From an uncultured Candidatus Saccharibacteria bacterium (GTDB lineage Bacteria > Patescibacteriota > Minisyncoccia > Phycocordibacterales > UBA9973), in NCBI GenBank assembly GCA_964482735.1, contig CAYZYV010000001.1:80172-144171 (forward strand): 64,000 nt of DNA. The letters run 5' to 3'. The stretch's first letter is position 1. Every line of letters starts with the position of its first letter. The notes beneath the pieces are model-generated. The model was not told the DNA's origin and did no database searches. It saw only the letters and a list, made by a program, of their open reading frames with translations. Below, one piece after another: positions 18,306 through 28,049 of this stretch. A program made the translations under genes and the position numbers.

Positions 18306-19517
18306 TTAGTTGATTCCACCTGCGATATTGTAAATTGGAAGCAAAATAGAAGACAAAAGCACACCAACTCCAAGCCCAAGAATAACAATCATAATCGGCT
18401 CAATCAAGCTAACTAAAGTGTCGACAGCTTCATTAACTTCTCGGCTATAGAATTTACCTAACGTCTTAAGAATATTTCCCAAAGAACCGGTTTCCTCCCC
18501 CACCTTGATCATTCCTGACATTATGGATGGTATTTCCTGGTGTTTACTGAAAGCTAAAGATAGAGAACTACCACTTTTTACAGAGTCCGCAATATCTCTA
18601 AGCAGTCTTTCGTAAACAAGATTACCTACCACAACACTTGTAAGTTCTATTGCCCTAACGATTGGAATACTAGCGGAAAGCATAGTATCCATATTGTCTG
18701 ATATTCTTGATAAATATAATTTATTATAAATATTTTTAACAACAGGCAATGTAATTTTTAATTTATCAAAATAAAGTCTACCAGATGGTGTTTTAGAATA
18801 TCTAATAACATACACCACGAGAACTATAACTATAACTAGCAAGAAAATACCATAATCCACAAACAAATTACTGACAGCGATAATCAATTTAGTAGAAAGA
18901 GGAATTTCTGTTCCAGATTCGGCAATAATAGCAGCGAGTTTAGGCACGATAAATGTAAACATCAAAACCATCACGATCACGAATATTCCGACAACGAAAG
19001 AAGGATAGATTAAAGCATTTTTTGTCTTGGAAGTAAGTTGATATTGTCTATCCAAATAGTCAGCTAAATATGCAAAAACCTGAGTTAATTTACCTGACTC
19101 CTCCCCTGACTTAACCATATTAACGTAAAAGTCAGAAAAAGCTTCTTTATGTTTTGACAATGCAACAGAAATATAAACTCCAGATTTAATATCTTCAGCG
19201 ACTTCATTAAGAATAGAAGCCAACTTTTTATTGGTGGTATTTTCGGCAATAAGATTAAAAGCTTTAAGGGCAGACACTTGTGATTCAAACAAAGTAGACA
19301 TCTGACGAGACATCATCACGATATCTTTCATGGGGATACTTTTCTTTTCAAAAATAGAAAGATTAAAAAGGCCTTTTTTCTTTGTTGTTTCAGTTAACGA
19401 AGAAACAATATAACCTCTTTTTTGAACAGCGGCAATCGCCAAATCCTTATTGATGGCCTCTACAGAACCAACCTTGCGTTCTCCTTCTGCTGTAATAGCT
19501 TCGTAATTAAATAACAT
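18306..19517 (-). CDS. pilC: Type IV pilus platform protein (T2SSF family)
   Basis: GEESGKL, ALIYP, VGEETG, LIEP repeats. Confidence 0.92.
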   Translation of the reverse strand: MLFNYEAITAEGERKVGSVEAINKDLAIAAVQKRGYIVSSLTETTKKKGLFNLSIFEKKSIPMKDIVMMSRQMSTLFESQVSALKAFNLIAENTTNKKLASILNEVAEDIKSGVYISVALSKHKEAFSDFYVNMVKSGEESGKLTQVFAYLADYLDRQYQLTSKTKNALIYPSFVVGIFVIVMVLMFTFIVPKLAAIIAESGTEIPLSTKLIIAVSNLFVDYGIFLLVIVIVLVVYVIRYSKTPSGRLYFDKLKITLPVVKNIYNKLYLSRISDNMDTMLSASIPIVRAIELTSVVVGNLVYERLLRDIADSVKSGSSLSLAFSKHQEIPSIMSGMIKVGEETGSLGNILKTLGKFYSREVNEAVDTLVSLIEPIMIVILGLGVGVLLSSILLPIYNIAGGIN

Positions 19518-19527
19518 AAAAATTTAA

Positions 19528-20589
19528 CTAAAACAATTGTTCTAGAGCTTTAGGATTAATAGAATGATCATACGCACTTTCAAGACTAATTTCTCTTCTT
19601 TGGACCAAATCTATTAAACATCTATTCATGTCGACCATGCCCTCTCTCGAGGAAGTTTCTAGTACTGTGTCTATTTCGTGTGTTCTCTTTTCTCTTATTA
19701 AGTTTGCGATTGCTTTGTTATTTATCAAAAGTTCATAGGCAGGAACTCTTCCCCCTGAAACTCTTGGTATCAATCTCTGAGAGAAAATTCCGAGCAAGCT
19801 GGATGCTAACTGCAATCTAATTTGATCTTGTTGGTCTGATGGGAACGAGTCAATAATACGATCTATTGTTTGAGAAGCATTATTAGTATGAAGAGTAGAT
19901 AAGACCAAGTGTCCTGTCTCAGCTGCTGTCACAGCTGCTGCAATAGTTTCTGGATCCCTCATTTCTCCTATCAAAAGAACATTGGCATCCTCACGAAAAG
20001 CAGACTTAAGAGCACTCAAGAAAGTTTCAGTATCTGTTCCTACTTCTCTTTGACTAATTATTGATTTATCTGGTTTATAAATAAATTCAATAGGTTCTTC
20101 AATCGTTACTATGTGTCTAGATGATTCACTATTAATAAAATTTATCATTGTAGACAATGTAGTTGATTTACCTTGACCAACCGGACCAACCACCAAGAAG
20201 AATCCTTGTTTCTTCCTAGAAAAATCTTTAAGTATTTCGGGCAAGCTTAATTCTTCAAAAGTTTTTGGCTTTGGAATTAGACGAAGAGCCACTGAGGGAG
20301 TTCCTCTTTGGTAAAAAGCATTTCCTCTTAGCTGAGTTTGTCCTTCATTTAAATTGCTAGAGAAATCTATAACTTTATTTTTTCTAAAAATAGCAATCCT
20401 CTCTTGATCCAAAAGTACTTCAAGTATTCCAAAAACGTCCGCTTCTGTTGTCTCTTTGAAATTTACAAGAAAGATAAGTTCTCCATCTATTCGAATAGAT
20501 GGTTTAATACCAGTTCCTATGTGTAAATCGGAACCGTTTTGATTAATTAAATTTTCCAATAAATCATTAAATAGCTGCTTGTAGTCCAT
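19528..20589 (-). CDS. pilT: Pilus retraction ATPase
   Basis: SDLHI, GQGKSTT, GEMRD, AAETGHLV, AIANLIRE. Confidence 0.92.
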   Translation of the reverse strand: MDYKQLFNDLLENLINQNGSDLHIGTGIKPSIRIDGELIFLVNFKETTEADVFGILEVLLDQERIAIFRKNKVIDFSSNLNEGQTQLRGNAFYQRGTPSVALRLIPKPKTFEELSLPEILKDFSRKKQGFFLVVGPVGQGKSTTLSTMINFINSESSRHIVTIEEPIEFIYKPDKSIISQREVGTDTETFLSALKSAFREDANVLLIGEMRDPETIAAAVTAAETGHLVLSTLHTNNASQTIDRIIDSFPSDQQDQIRLQLASSLLGIFSQRLIPRVSGGRVPAYELLINNKAIANLIREKRTHEIDTVLETSSREGMVDMNRCLIDLVQRREISLESAYDHSINPKALEQLF

Positions 20590-20623
20590 ATGAAGTAATT
20601 ATACTATATCGAAAGTTATTTTG

Positions 20624-22363
20624 CTAGAAATTATAAACTTCTTGCAATGGAATTTCTCCTTTTATGCTTTTTATGATTGCATCTTCCTTAATAGTTAACA
20701 TCCCTTTCTTTCTGGCAATTTTATAAATTTCTTGTTCTTGTGGAGTTTTTAAAATAATCCCTTGCATTTCTTTATCTACCATAAAACCTTCGAAAAGAGC
20801 AATACGTCCAGATAGTCCAGTAGGGTTGTCTTGGCTTGGTTGCGCTTCGTAAATAGTATTGCTGTTAATATTGAGTTTGCTCTTATATTCCTCTGGTAAA
20901 TCTTCAAATTGCTTATCAATAGCATGTCTCACTGACTCGTCTATAGGAATTTCATGTTTACAACTAGGATGAATTCTCCTTGCTAGTCTTTGAGCCATAC
21001 AAAGAATCAAAGTTGGTGCTATCAAATAAGGGTCAATTCCCATATCGATAAGACGAGGTATCGCTCCGACAGCACTATTCGTGTGAAGAGTAGAGAAAAC
21101 CAAGTGACCTGTAAGAGCGGCTTGAATAGCTAGTTCTGCTGTTTCCCTGTCTCGGATCTCTCCAACAAGAATGATGTTTGGGTCTTGACGAAGAATGGAT
21201 CTCAATCCTGTAGCAAAAGTATATCCAATTTCAGGCATGATTTGAGACTGGTTAACTCCATCAATCTTGTATTCAACCGGATCTTCTAGCGAAACGATAT
21301 TTTTATCTTCTTTATCTATCTCACTAAGCATCGAATAAAGAGAAGATGTCTTACCTGAACCAGTTGGTCCTGTCATTAATATGAGACCATAAGGTTTCTT
21401 TAGCGCAGTTCTAATCATTTTGATATTCTCTTCTGAAAGTCCAAGTCCTTCGAGTGTAAAGATACCCTTCTCTGCATCCAAGATACGAATAGCTATTTTT
21501 TCTCCGTAATAAGCTGGCATTGTAGAAACACGGAAGTCAATCTTTCTTTCATCTATTCTTGCGGAAAAACCCCCATCTTGTGGTTTCCTTTTTTCATCTA
21601 GTCTCAATTTTGACAAGATTTTGACACGAGCAATCACTCCATTATAAACAGATATTGGAAGAACAAGAGAGGTGTGGAGAACACCATCTATTCTAAATCT
21701 AACCTTAACTTTATCGCCAGAATTTTCTATGTGAATATCGGATGCTAAACTTTCTACGGCACTTCTTAGAATAACTGCTACGATTTTTATAATCGGAGCA
21801 TCTTCAACAATTTTTTCTTCTTCCCCCGGTTTTAGAGTGTCCGATGTCTTAGAGTTTTCTATTACAACACCCTGATCAATCGCATTCGCAATTTCAGAGT
21901 CAAGCTCATTTAAGGCCTGATCAACCTCAATATCTTTATTTCCTTCGTAAGCATAAACCAAATTACGATAGGAAGAATTTTTGATTAAGTAAAGTTTAAA
22001 GGGCTTATTTAATTTAGCCGTAATAAACGTAAGGGCATCAACAGCTCTAACATTTTCGGGATTAACGATACCAACTTCTAGATAAGTATCAGTTAAACTA
22101 ATAGGAACAAACTTGTATGTTTTTGCTGCATCTACTGGAATAAGCTTTAGAGTTGCAGCTGGAACTTTTTTAACATCTATATCTTTTATTGGTATACCAA
22201 AAATAGCCTTTCTTGCTTCAAGGATTTGGTCTTCATCGACTTTAAGCTCAGTCAAAGCATCATCTAAATCACCATTATATTTCTCATCTGCGAGTTTTAA
22301 AGCCTTTGATTCAAGGGCATCATCTATTACCCCTCTTTTTTTTAACTCTTCTATAAATAACAT
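20624..22363 (-). CDS. pilB: Pilus assembly ATPase (GspE/PilB)
   Basis: ASDIHIE, GPTGSGKT, LRQDP, GEIRD, ALTGHLV; start MLFIEE. Confidence 0.92.
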   Translation of the reverse strand: MLFIEELKKRGVIDDALESKALKLADEKYNGDLDDALTELKVDEDQILEARKAIFGIPIKDIDVKKVPAATLKLIPVDAAKTYKFVPISLTDTYLEVGIVNPENVRAVDALTFITAKLNKPFKLYLIKNSSYRNLVYAYEGNKDIEVDQALNELDSEIANAIDQGVVIENSKTSDTLKPGEEEKIVEDAPIIKIVAVILRSAVESLASDIHIENSGDKVKVRFRIDGVLHTSLVLPISVYNGVIARVKILSKLRLDEKRKPQDGGFSARIDERKIDFRVSTMPAYYGEKIAIRILDAEKGIFTLEGLGLSEENIKMIRTALKKPYGLILMTGPTGSGKTSSLYSMLSEIDKEDKNIVSLEDPVEYKIDGVNQSQIMPEIGYTFATGLRSILRQDPNIILVGEIRDRETAELAIQAALTGHLVFSTLHTNSAVGAIPRLIDMGIDPYLIAPTLILCMAQRLARRIHPSCKHEIPIDESVRHAIDKQFEDLPEEYKSKLNINSNTIYEAQPSQDNPTGLSGRIALFEGFMVDKEMQGIILKTPQEQEIYKIARKKGMLTIKEDAIIKSIKGEIPLQEVYNF

Positions 22364-22364
22364 A

Positions 22365-23039
22365 CTAATTTGTTGCAAAAGACACTGTGTCTCCACAGTA
22401 AGAGATTCCATTTATTTTTGCACAGGCTTTGTAAAAATATACTGTCTTTGATTTTAATTCTGAAATACTTTTTAGAAATGTTCCTACCATTGATTGTTGC
22501 TTAACAACACTAGTTGAGCTTCCTAAAGCTTCTGTTTCTCCATATTCAAAATAAGTTTCTGTTACCCCCTCTGTAGTAGCAAGAGATCCATTCAAAACAG
22601 CCGTTTTGTCGGTAATTTGAGTAGCTTGGCTTGTAGAAACAAACTCTGTGATAACACTTTTAGCTACAGCAGACTCATCTATAGGAGCAAATGGGTTTTG
22701 GCGTCCTGGTGTTGCTGTACCGATAGACACAGAATTGCTTTTTAGTTTTTTGAAGAGATTGTTGCTGAAAAAATTGATATCTATTTTTATATTTTTTAAA
22801 GAAGCCAAAGTCGACAGGAAGGAAATGTCTGAGCTTATTTTACTATTTAAGGATGAACCTTGATCAGCTGTCTTTGTATCTTCTGCGGCTGTAGCACTAG
22901 ATGATAAATTACCTTGAGCAACCTTTACCACCTCTCCTGTTCTTAATTCATTGGCAAAATACAAATAACCAACACCCAAAACCACAATAGAGAATGCTGT
23001 TAGAAAAAATTTACTTTTATTTGAGCGTTTCTTTTTCAT
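22365..23039 (-). CDS. Pilus-locus protein with PilP-like GRxNPF motif and FN3-like C-terminus
   Basis: N-terminal TM, GRQNPFAP, YFEYG..YFYKACA; lies after pilO. Confidence 0.6.
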   Translation of the reverse strand: MKKKRSNKSKFFLTAFSIVVLGVGYLYFANELRTGEVVKVAQGNLSSSATAAEDTKTADQGSSLNSKISSDISFLSTLASLKNIKIDINFFSNNLFKKLKSNSVSIGTATPGRQNPFAPIDESAVAKSVITEFVSTSQATQITDKTAVLNGSLATTEGVTETYFEYGETEALGSSTSVVKQQSMVGTFLKSISELKSKTVYFYKACAKINGISYCGDTVSFATN

Positions 23040-23040
23040 A

Positions 23041-23679
23041 TTATTTTAGCCAGTAGGTTTCTACTTTTAATGAATATTTATAAATACTTGGATCTATGAT
23101 TGTCTTCTTTTTTTGATCAACTAAAGGATCTTGAGATCCTGAATCTGGTACATTGAAAGAAATTGATTTAACGTCTACTATTCTTAGATTGTTTTCTAGG
23201 TCTTGTAAAAAGTCTAAGAAAACTCCATATTTACCTTCAATTGTAAATGAAATTGGGAAGATTCCATAAGGCAAGTAACTTGATGGGTCATTTTCTGCCA
23301 CTGCCTTTCCTCCAGCACCAGAAGAACTTCCACCTTCTGTAGAATTAGCCTTTATTCCTACCGAAGAATCAAATCTAATATCACTAATCGGCATACCGTG
23401 CATATTTGCAATTTTCTCTATTTCTAATATCAATTCGATATTATTTATAGTGCTAGGAAGTAAGTGATTTAACTTTTCTCTGTCTTTTTCATTGATTTGC
23501 TTATATGAGTCAACAAGTTCGTCTCTTGTCTTTTGTAAATCTGTCGAATTGTTAAGCGCTGAGTTATAGGTAGTTACGTTAGTTCTTAGTTCTTTAACAT
23601 CACCATAAAGCGGATCTATCAAAAAGAAAAATACCAATACGGAAGCTGTTAAGAATAAAATTGAAGAAATTAATTTCAT
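23041..23679 (-). CDS. pilO: PilO-like alignment protein
   Basis: TM plus coiled coil, GKYGVFLDFLQDLENNLRIVDV. Confidence 0.75.
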   Translation of the reverse strand: MKLISSILFLTASVLVFFFLIDPLYGDVKELRTNVTTYNSALNNSTDLQKTRDELVDSYKQINEKDREKLNHLLPSTINNIELILEIEKIANMHGMPISDIRFDSSVGIKANSTEGGSSSGAGGKAVAENDPSSYLPYGIFPISFTIEGKYGVFLDFLQDLENNLRIVDVKSISFNVPDSGSQDPLVDQKKKTIIDPSIYKYSLKVETYWLK

Positions 23680-23682
23680 ATA

Positions 23683-24366
23683 CTATATTGTTGGTTCTTC
23701 TGAATCATTGCTTGGTAATTTCGACTCAATTTCAACATTCTTATTTTGATCAGATACTTCTTCAGATGTTGATTTGACTGATGGAATCATTAAATTCTTT
23801 TCGTATGACAAAAGCTCAGGTTCTATCTCAAAAGATAGATTGAAAGATATGTAGTTATTCTTATCTCTCGTCAAATCAGAAAATAGCACATTCTTAAATG
23901 ATCGTCCTTTTGTAGTATTAAAAGCATCAGATTGTTGAGCAATCGAGCGATAGTCTTTGGCTATACCTTTTATGCTAACAGCATGTGCATTAGTCCCAGA
24001 TTGATATTCAAAAGTCCTGTATTGAACAGATGGGATGGTTATTTCTGACAACCTACTAAATAACGGGGTCAAAACTATATGCCCTGCTAGAATTTTAGTT
24101 GCCGCCTCTGATCTCTTGTTAAACAATTCGAGCTCTTCTAGGGTATCTTTTTCAAAAGTATCTCTCGTCTTAGAAAGAGATGATGAAAGACTGCTTTCTT
24201 GCTTGATTAAATAAGTTTTATATAAATAAATACCACCAGAAGCCAATAGGGTAACAATAAACAAAAATAAAGCTATCATAGTAAATAAGCTTCTTGGCTC
24301 TTTAGAGGCACCTGTTGAGGATATTTCTTTTTTAGGTATGAAAGATGTTTGAAATGAATTGTCCAT
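23683..24366 (-). CDS. PilN-like alignment protein
   Basis: FQTSFIPKK, TM, position between pilM and pilO. Confidence 0.7.
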   Translation of the reverse strand: MDNSFQTSFIPKKEISSTGASKEPRSLFTMIALFLFIVTLLASGGIYLYKTYLIKQESSLSSSLSKTRDTFEKDTLEELELFNKRSEAATKILAGHIVLTPLFSRLSEITIPSVQYRTFEYQSGTNAHAVSIKGIAKDYRSIAQQSDAFNTTKGRSFKNVLFSDLTRDKNNYISFNLSFEIEPELLSYEKNLMIPSVKSTSEEVSDQNKNVEIESKLPSNDSEEPTI

Positions 24367-24372
24367 ATTTTA

Positions 24373-25506
24373 TTAAGATAATTGATGAAGTGCTAAACCT
24401 AAGGCTACCGAAAATTCAGGTCCACTAGTTTGCAATACGGGCTGTATAAAAGCAGGAGTTTCTGTCTTGGAAAAAGGATCTGCATAAACAACATCAGAAC
24501 GGAAATTTTCTCTTGATGCCTCAAGAAAACCTTTTAGCATAGAACCTCCTCCAGTTAAAAATATTTTACTGACATCTCTATTATACTTCTTTTGATAATT
24601 AAAAACAATACTATTTATATCTGTGTATATGTATTGAATGGACATTTTAACAATTTTTTCTATCCTAGGATCCATAGAGGCATCTAACCCCACACTTCTC
24701 TTCAATCTTTCTGCTTCATCAAAAGTTAGATTGAGGGATTGAGAGATATTTCTAGTAATATCTTGTGAACCTCTGTTTACCACGTGAAAAACTCGAAGAA
24801 TCCCATTTTCAATTATGGAAACTTTAACTTTAGATGCACCAAAGTCTATGATCATAACAGGGGCTAGTTCGTGTCCTAGTATAGACCTTATATTACTAAA
24901 TATCTCCATTTCAAGTGATTCACAAACAAGAGATGTTTTTTTAACAATATCTTTGTATTGGGCTATCGTGTCGTTATGAATAGCCACAACCAAAACATCT
25001 ATTTTATCTTTCATCCTATTCTCCTCTTTTGTTTCTTCAAACGAACCTCCATCATCTGGAATTACAAACCAATCAAGGGTAACTTCTGATATCGGAACGG
25101 GAATATATTTTCTAGCTTCTATTGGAATTATTTTAGCCATCTCCCCTTCAGCGATTTTGTTGGGTAAAGATAGCGTAAAAATTAAACTCGAAAGTGACGG
25201 AATTGAAACGACAGCATTGTTGATAGTAACATTTGATTCTTTCATTAAATCAGTAATTGCTTTCGCCACATCTTCAGATTTTAGATTAGTCACACTTCCA
25301 ACTTCAGTTTTATTATAGGGACCAAGGGCTAAAACTCCGTATGTTTCTAGTACGGGTTTACCTCCTTTCTTTTTGAGCTGGACAATTTTCACGTAAGAAG
25401 AACCTATGTCAACTCCGATAGCTTGTTTTTTTGAGCTATCATCTCTAAAAGATTTAATCAGTCCAGACAAACCTTCTTTAATAATTTTCTTAAATGACTC
25501 ATCCAT
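24373..25506 (-). CDS. pilM: Pilus assembly protein PilM
   Basis: IGVDIGSSYVK, EARKYIP, DFGAS, LTGGGS, VALGLAL. Confidence 0.92.
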   Translation of the reverse strand: MDESFKKIIKEGLSGLIKSFRDDSSKKQAIGVDIGSSYVKIVQLKKKGGKPVLETYGVLALGPYNKTEVGSVTNLKSEDVAKAITDLMKESNVTINNAVVSIPSLSSLIFTLSLPNKIAEGEMAKIIPIEARKYIPVPISEVTLDWFVIPDDGGSFEETKEENRMKDKIDVLVVAIHNDTIAQYKDIVKKTSLVCESLEMEIFSNIRSILGHELAPVMIIDFGASKVKVSIIENGILRVFHVVNRGSQDITRNISQSLNLTFDEAERLKRSVGLDASMDPRIEKIVKMSIQYIYTDINSIVFNYQKKYNRDVSKIFLTGGGSMLKGFLEASRENFRSDVVYADPFSKTETPAFIQPVLQTSGPEFSVALGLALHQLS

Positions 25507-25562
25507 AAATTGTAATTTTCATTAACCTTTTCATTATAACACAATTGTAATAAAATAAATAC

Positions 25563-26231
25563 ATGAGAACACTCATAATAATGGGAAAAATTGGTAATTT
25601 TATTCTAGACATATTTTTTCCTGTCCACTGCCAAGGTTGTGGTCTAAAAGATAGCGTTTTGTGTGATGAATGCTTACTCAAAATAAAACTTAATGGCAGA
25701 GAAACTGAAAAAAATATCATTTCTGTTTTTGATTATCGGGACCAGTTAATAAAAAATATTATTTGGAATCTCAAGTATCACAAACAAAAAAGTTTAGGAA
25801 AAAAGTTAGGACAAATATTGTTTGATTTTTCTAAAGATCAAATTTCAGAAATGAAATTTTTAACGGCTGGAAAACCTATTATAGTTATTCCGGTTCCTTG
25901 TTCAAGAAAAAGATTGATGGAACGTGGTTATAACCATACTGAAATTTTGGCAAAATGGTTTTGTAATGAAGATAAAAATAGTCTTGAGTTCATAAAAAAT
26001 GCCGTCTTTAAAAAACTTGAAACTAAACACCAAGCAAAAATAACAAACAAGAGAGAACGCCTACAAAACATAAAAGACACTTTTGGAATTAACCCAAACA
26101 TTTCTTTAAAAGGAAGGAGTATTATAGTAATCGACGATGTGACAACTACAGGGGGCACTTTCTTAGAGATTTTAAAAATACTCAGGAAAGCTGGGGCTAA
26201 AACTGTGCTTGGGGTTGCCCTTGCCCATTAG
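25563..26231 (+). CDS. comF: ComF-family phosphoribosyltransferase-like competence protein
   Basis: CxxC zinc ribbon, RGYN, IDDVTTTGGT. Confidence 0.9.
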   Translation: MRTLIIMGKIGNFILDIFFPVHCQGCGLKDSVLCDECLLKIKLNGRETEKNIISVFDYRDQLIKNIIWNLKYHKQKSLGKKLGQILFDFSKDQISEMKFLTAGKPIIVIPVPCSRKRLMERGYNHTEILAKWFCNEDKNSLEFIKNAVFKKLETKHQAKITNKRERLQNIKDTFGINPNISLKGRSIIVIDDVTTTGGTFLEILKILRKAGAKTVLGVALAH

Positions 26232-26388
26232 TTGGTGCTTTTTCTACTTTGACTGCATTATATTTGTCTACTGTTTTGTAATAAACATATTCTTCTAGCT
26301 GTTTTGAGAAAAAATAGAAAATAATTATGTTAGCTATCACCCCGAGTAAAATAAAAGTTCCGTAACTTTTTAGAGAAATTTTCATCAT
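26197..26388 (-). CDS. Small single-TM hypothetical protein
   Basis: Starts 1 nt after the upstream gene; one hydrophobic helix. Confidence 0.45.
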   Translation of the reverse strand: MMKISLKSYGTFILLGVIANIIIFYFFSKQLEEYVYYKTVDKYNAVKVEKAPTNGQGQPQAQF

Positions 26389-26389
26389 C

Positions 26390-27340
26390 TTACAAAGTAT
26401 CCAATGCTTCTTCTACTAGATCCATAACCTCATCTGCTAGATCCATTGCTTCTTCATAGTCTTCATCATTGTAAGCTGTTCTAGCATCTTTGTATGTATC
26501 ATTTGCCTCGTCAATCAAATCGTTAGCATCATCTACATCTTCATCATCATCCTCTGCTTCGTTGATTTCATCTTTTGCATCACTTATCGCAGTCTTAGCT
26601 TCATCAATTGCTTCTTTTGCATCAGACTTGTCTCCTCCACCTAGGTTATCATAAACATCTTCTCCCGTGCTGTAAGCATCGTCTGCTAGGTCTAGGGCTT
26701 TGGTATAATTATTCTTGAAAAAATAATTTACAGCATCAAACAAGTCACTTTTTGCTTCCTTAATGTCTGCTTCTTCATTTTTTGTACTTCCGCTTGCGTC
26801 TTCTATCGCATCTTCTGCATCGTTAATCATTTCTATTGCACTTTTTATTTTGTCAGCGGCCTTTTTCTGATCTCCTGAATAACTGGTAGTGCTTTTTGCA
26901 TTTGCTAATTCTTGTTTAAGAGTTGATATTTGGCTATTTAAATCTGCAATTGTGGATGCTTGACTGGCAAGAGTTGTATCATTAGTAGTCGTAGGTGTTG
27001 TAACCGTACTTGAAGTAGAAGAAACCAATGAATTATATTTTGTTTTTGATTTTGCACCAAAATAACCTTCTGCTGGATAAACTCCGTTAGTTATTTGCCA
27101 AATCATAACAGCTTCTTTAGTTTTTGTACCATAAAAATTAGTCTCTTTACCTTTTGAACCATTTCCTGAGACGGCTATTTCAAAACCATTATCGTTTAAA
27201 TACTTTTGAAGACAACGAACATCTTCCCCCTTGTCATTCTCCTTGAGGTCACGAGTAAAGTTACAATTAGCAGCTTCAGCCTTAAAACCAACAACAGCTA
27301 TTGCTAAAATAAATAAAAATTTCAAAAATTTTTTAAACAT
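26390..27340 (-). CDS. Secreted peptidoglycan-binding-domain protein with acidic helical repeats
   Basis: Signal peptide, FTRDL..GEDVRCLQKYLN..YGTKTKEAV; D/A-rich helical tail. Confidence 0.8.
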   Translation of the reverse strand: MFKKFLKFLFILAIAVVGFKAEAANCNFTRDLKENDKGEDVRCLQKYLNDNGFEIAVSGNGSKGKETNFYGTKTKEAVMIWQITNGVYPAEGYFGAKSKTKYNSLVSSTSSTVTTPTTTNDTTLASQASTIADLNSQISTLKQELANAKSTTSYSGDQKKAADKIKSAIEMINDAEDAIEDASGSTKNEEADIKEAKSDLFDAVNYFFKNNYTKALDLADDAYSTGEDVYDNLGGGDKSDAKEAIDEAKTAISDAKDEINEAEDDDEDVDDANDLIDEANDTYKDARTAYNDEDYEEAMDLADEVMDLVEEALDTL

Positions 27341-27468
27341 ATAAAATAAAAGATTAAATAAGGTTAATAAAGGACATTTATATTATCTCACAAAGACCAT
27401 TTTTGAGCAATTTAATGCCTTGTGATTAAAATAAACAACCTAGTAATCCATACTAAGTTCATTATTTT

Positions 27469-27669
27469 GTTGCGGAGACGCAGGGATTCGGTCACGAGTT
27501 ACTAAATTTTTTATTTCGCTTTGCTCATAAAAAATAAAGTACTCTCGACCCCGACTCGGCAGTTTGAAAAGTTTTTCAAACTTTTCTCTGCCTGCGTCTT
27601 TCGAATCCCGCCCCGCACACATACGCCAAAAATCGATACCTATGTAAACGGTATCGATTTTGGTCGTTG
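27469..27669 (-). repeat. Nested-hairpin element at the tRNA-Ser 3' end with inverted and direct copies of the tRNA end
   Basis: 22-bp direct repeat 27469-27490 = 27666-27687; inverted copy 27600-27617; AGACG..GGGGTCG..GTGACC core. Confidence 0.8.
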
Positions 27670-27756
27670 CGGAGACGCAGGGATTCGAACCCTGGAGCCT
27701 TTTTACGGGCTACCTCGTTAGCAGTGAGGCGCTTTCGACCACTCAGCCACGTCTCC
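27670..27756 (-). tRNA. tRNA-Ser(GCT)
   Basis: GGAGACG..CT GCT AA..long variable arm..TTCGAAT..CGTCTCC G. Confidence 0.92.
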
Positions 27757-27829
27757 AAAATTTTTCACTTTTACCGTTAAGACTTTCTACACATTATCAC
27801 AAAATTAATTATTTCTCAACGGGATAAAT

Positions 27830-27864
27830 AAAAAACCTCCCATGACTTTTGTCGAGGAGGTTTT
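27830..27864. terminator. Intrinsic terminator after the rSAM/peptide unit
   Basis: aaaaaacctcc...ggaggtttt. Confidence 0.55.
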
Positions 27865-27915
27865 AAAAAAATATAACCCTATTTGGAATTCTTCTTTGCC
27901 ACTTTTTTAGGTGGC

Positions 27916-28038
27916 TTACTTTTTGGTTTTGGAGGCCACGGATTCTTTTGTCCGCTTTGTCACCCTTTTTGGTGACTTGCTTTTTGGAGACCGGGGGTTC
28001 TTTTGCCCGCCAGCGCTTCCAGTATTTGCTCCTGCCAT
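27916..28038 (-). CDS. Unannotated 40-aa Lys/Pro-rich peptide (candidate rSAM substrate); second repeat continues in another frame to 27879
   Basis: ATG 11 nt after the rSAM stop: MAGANTGSAGGQKNPRSPKSKSPKRVTK... Confidence 0.5.
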   Translation of the reverse strand: MAGANTGSAGGQKNPRSPKSKSPKRVTKRTKESVASKTKK

Positions 28039-28049
28039 TTTGTTATTTT

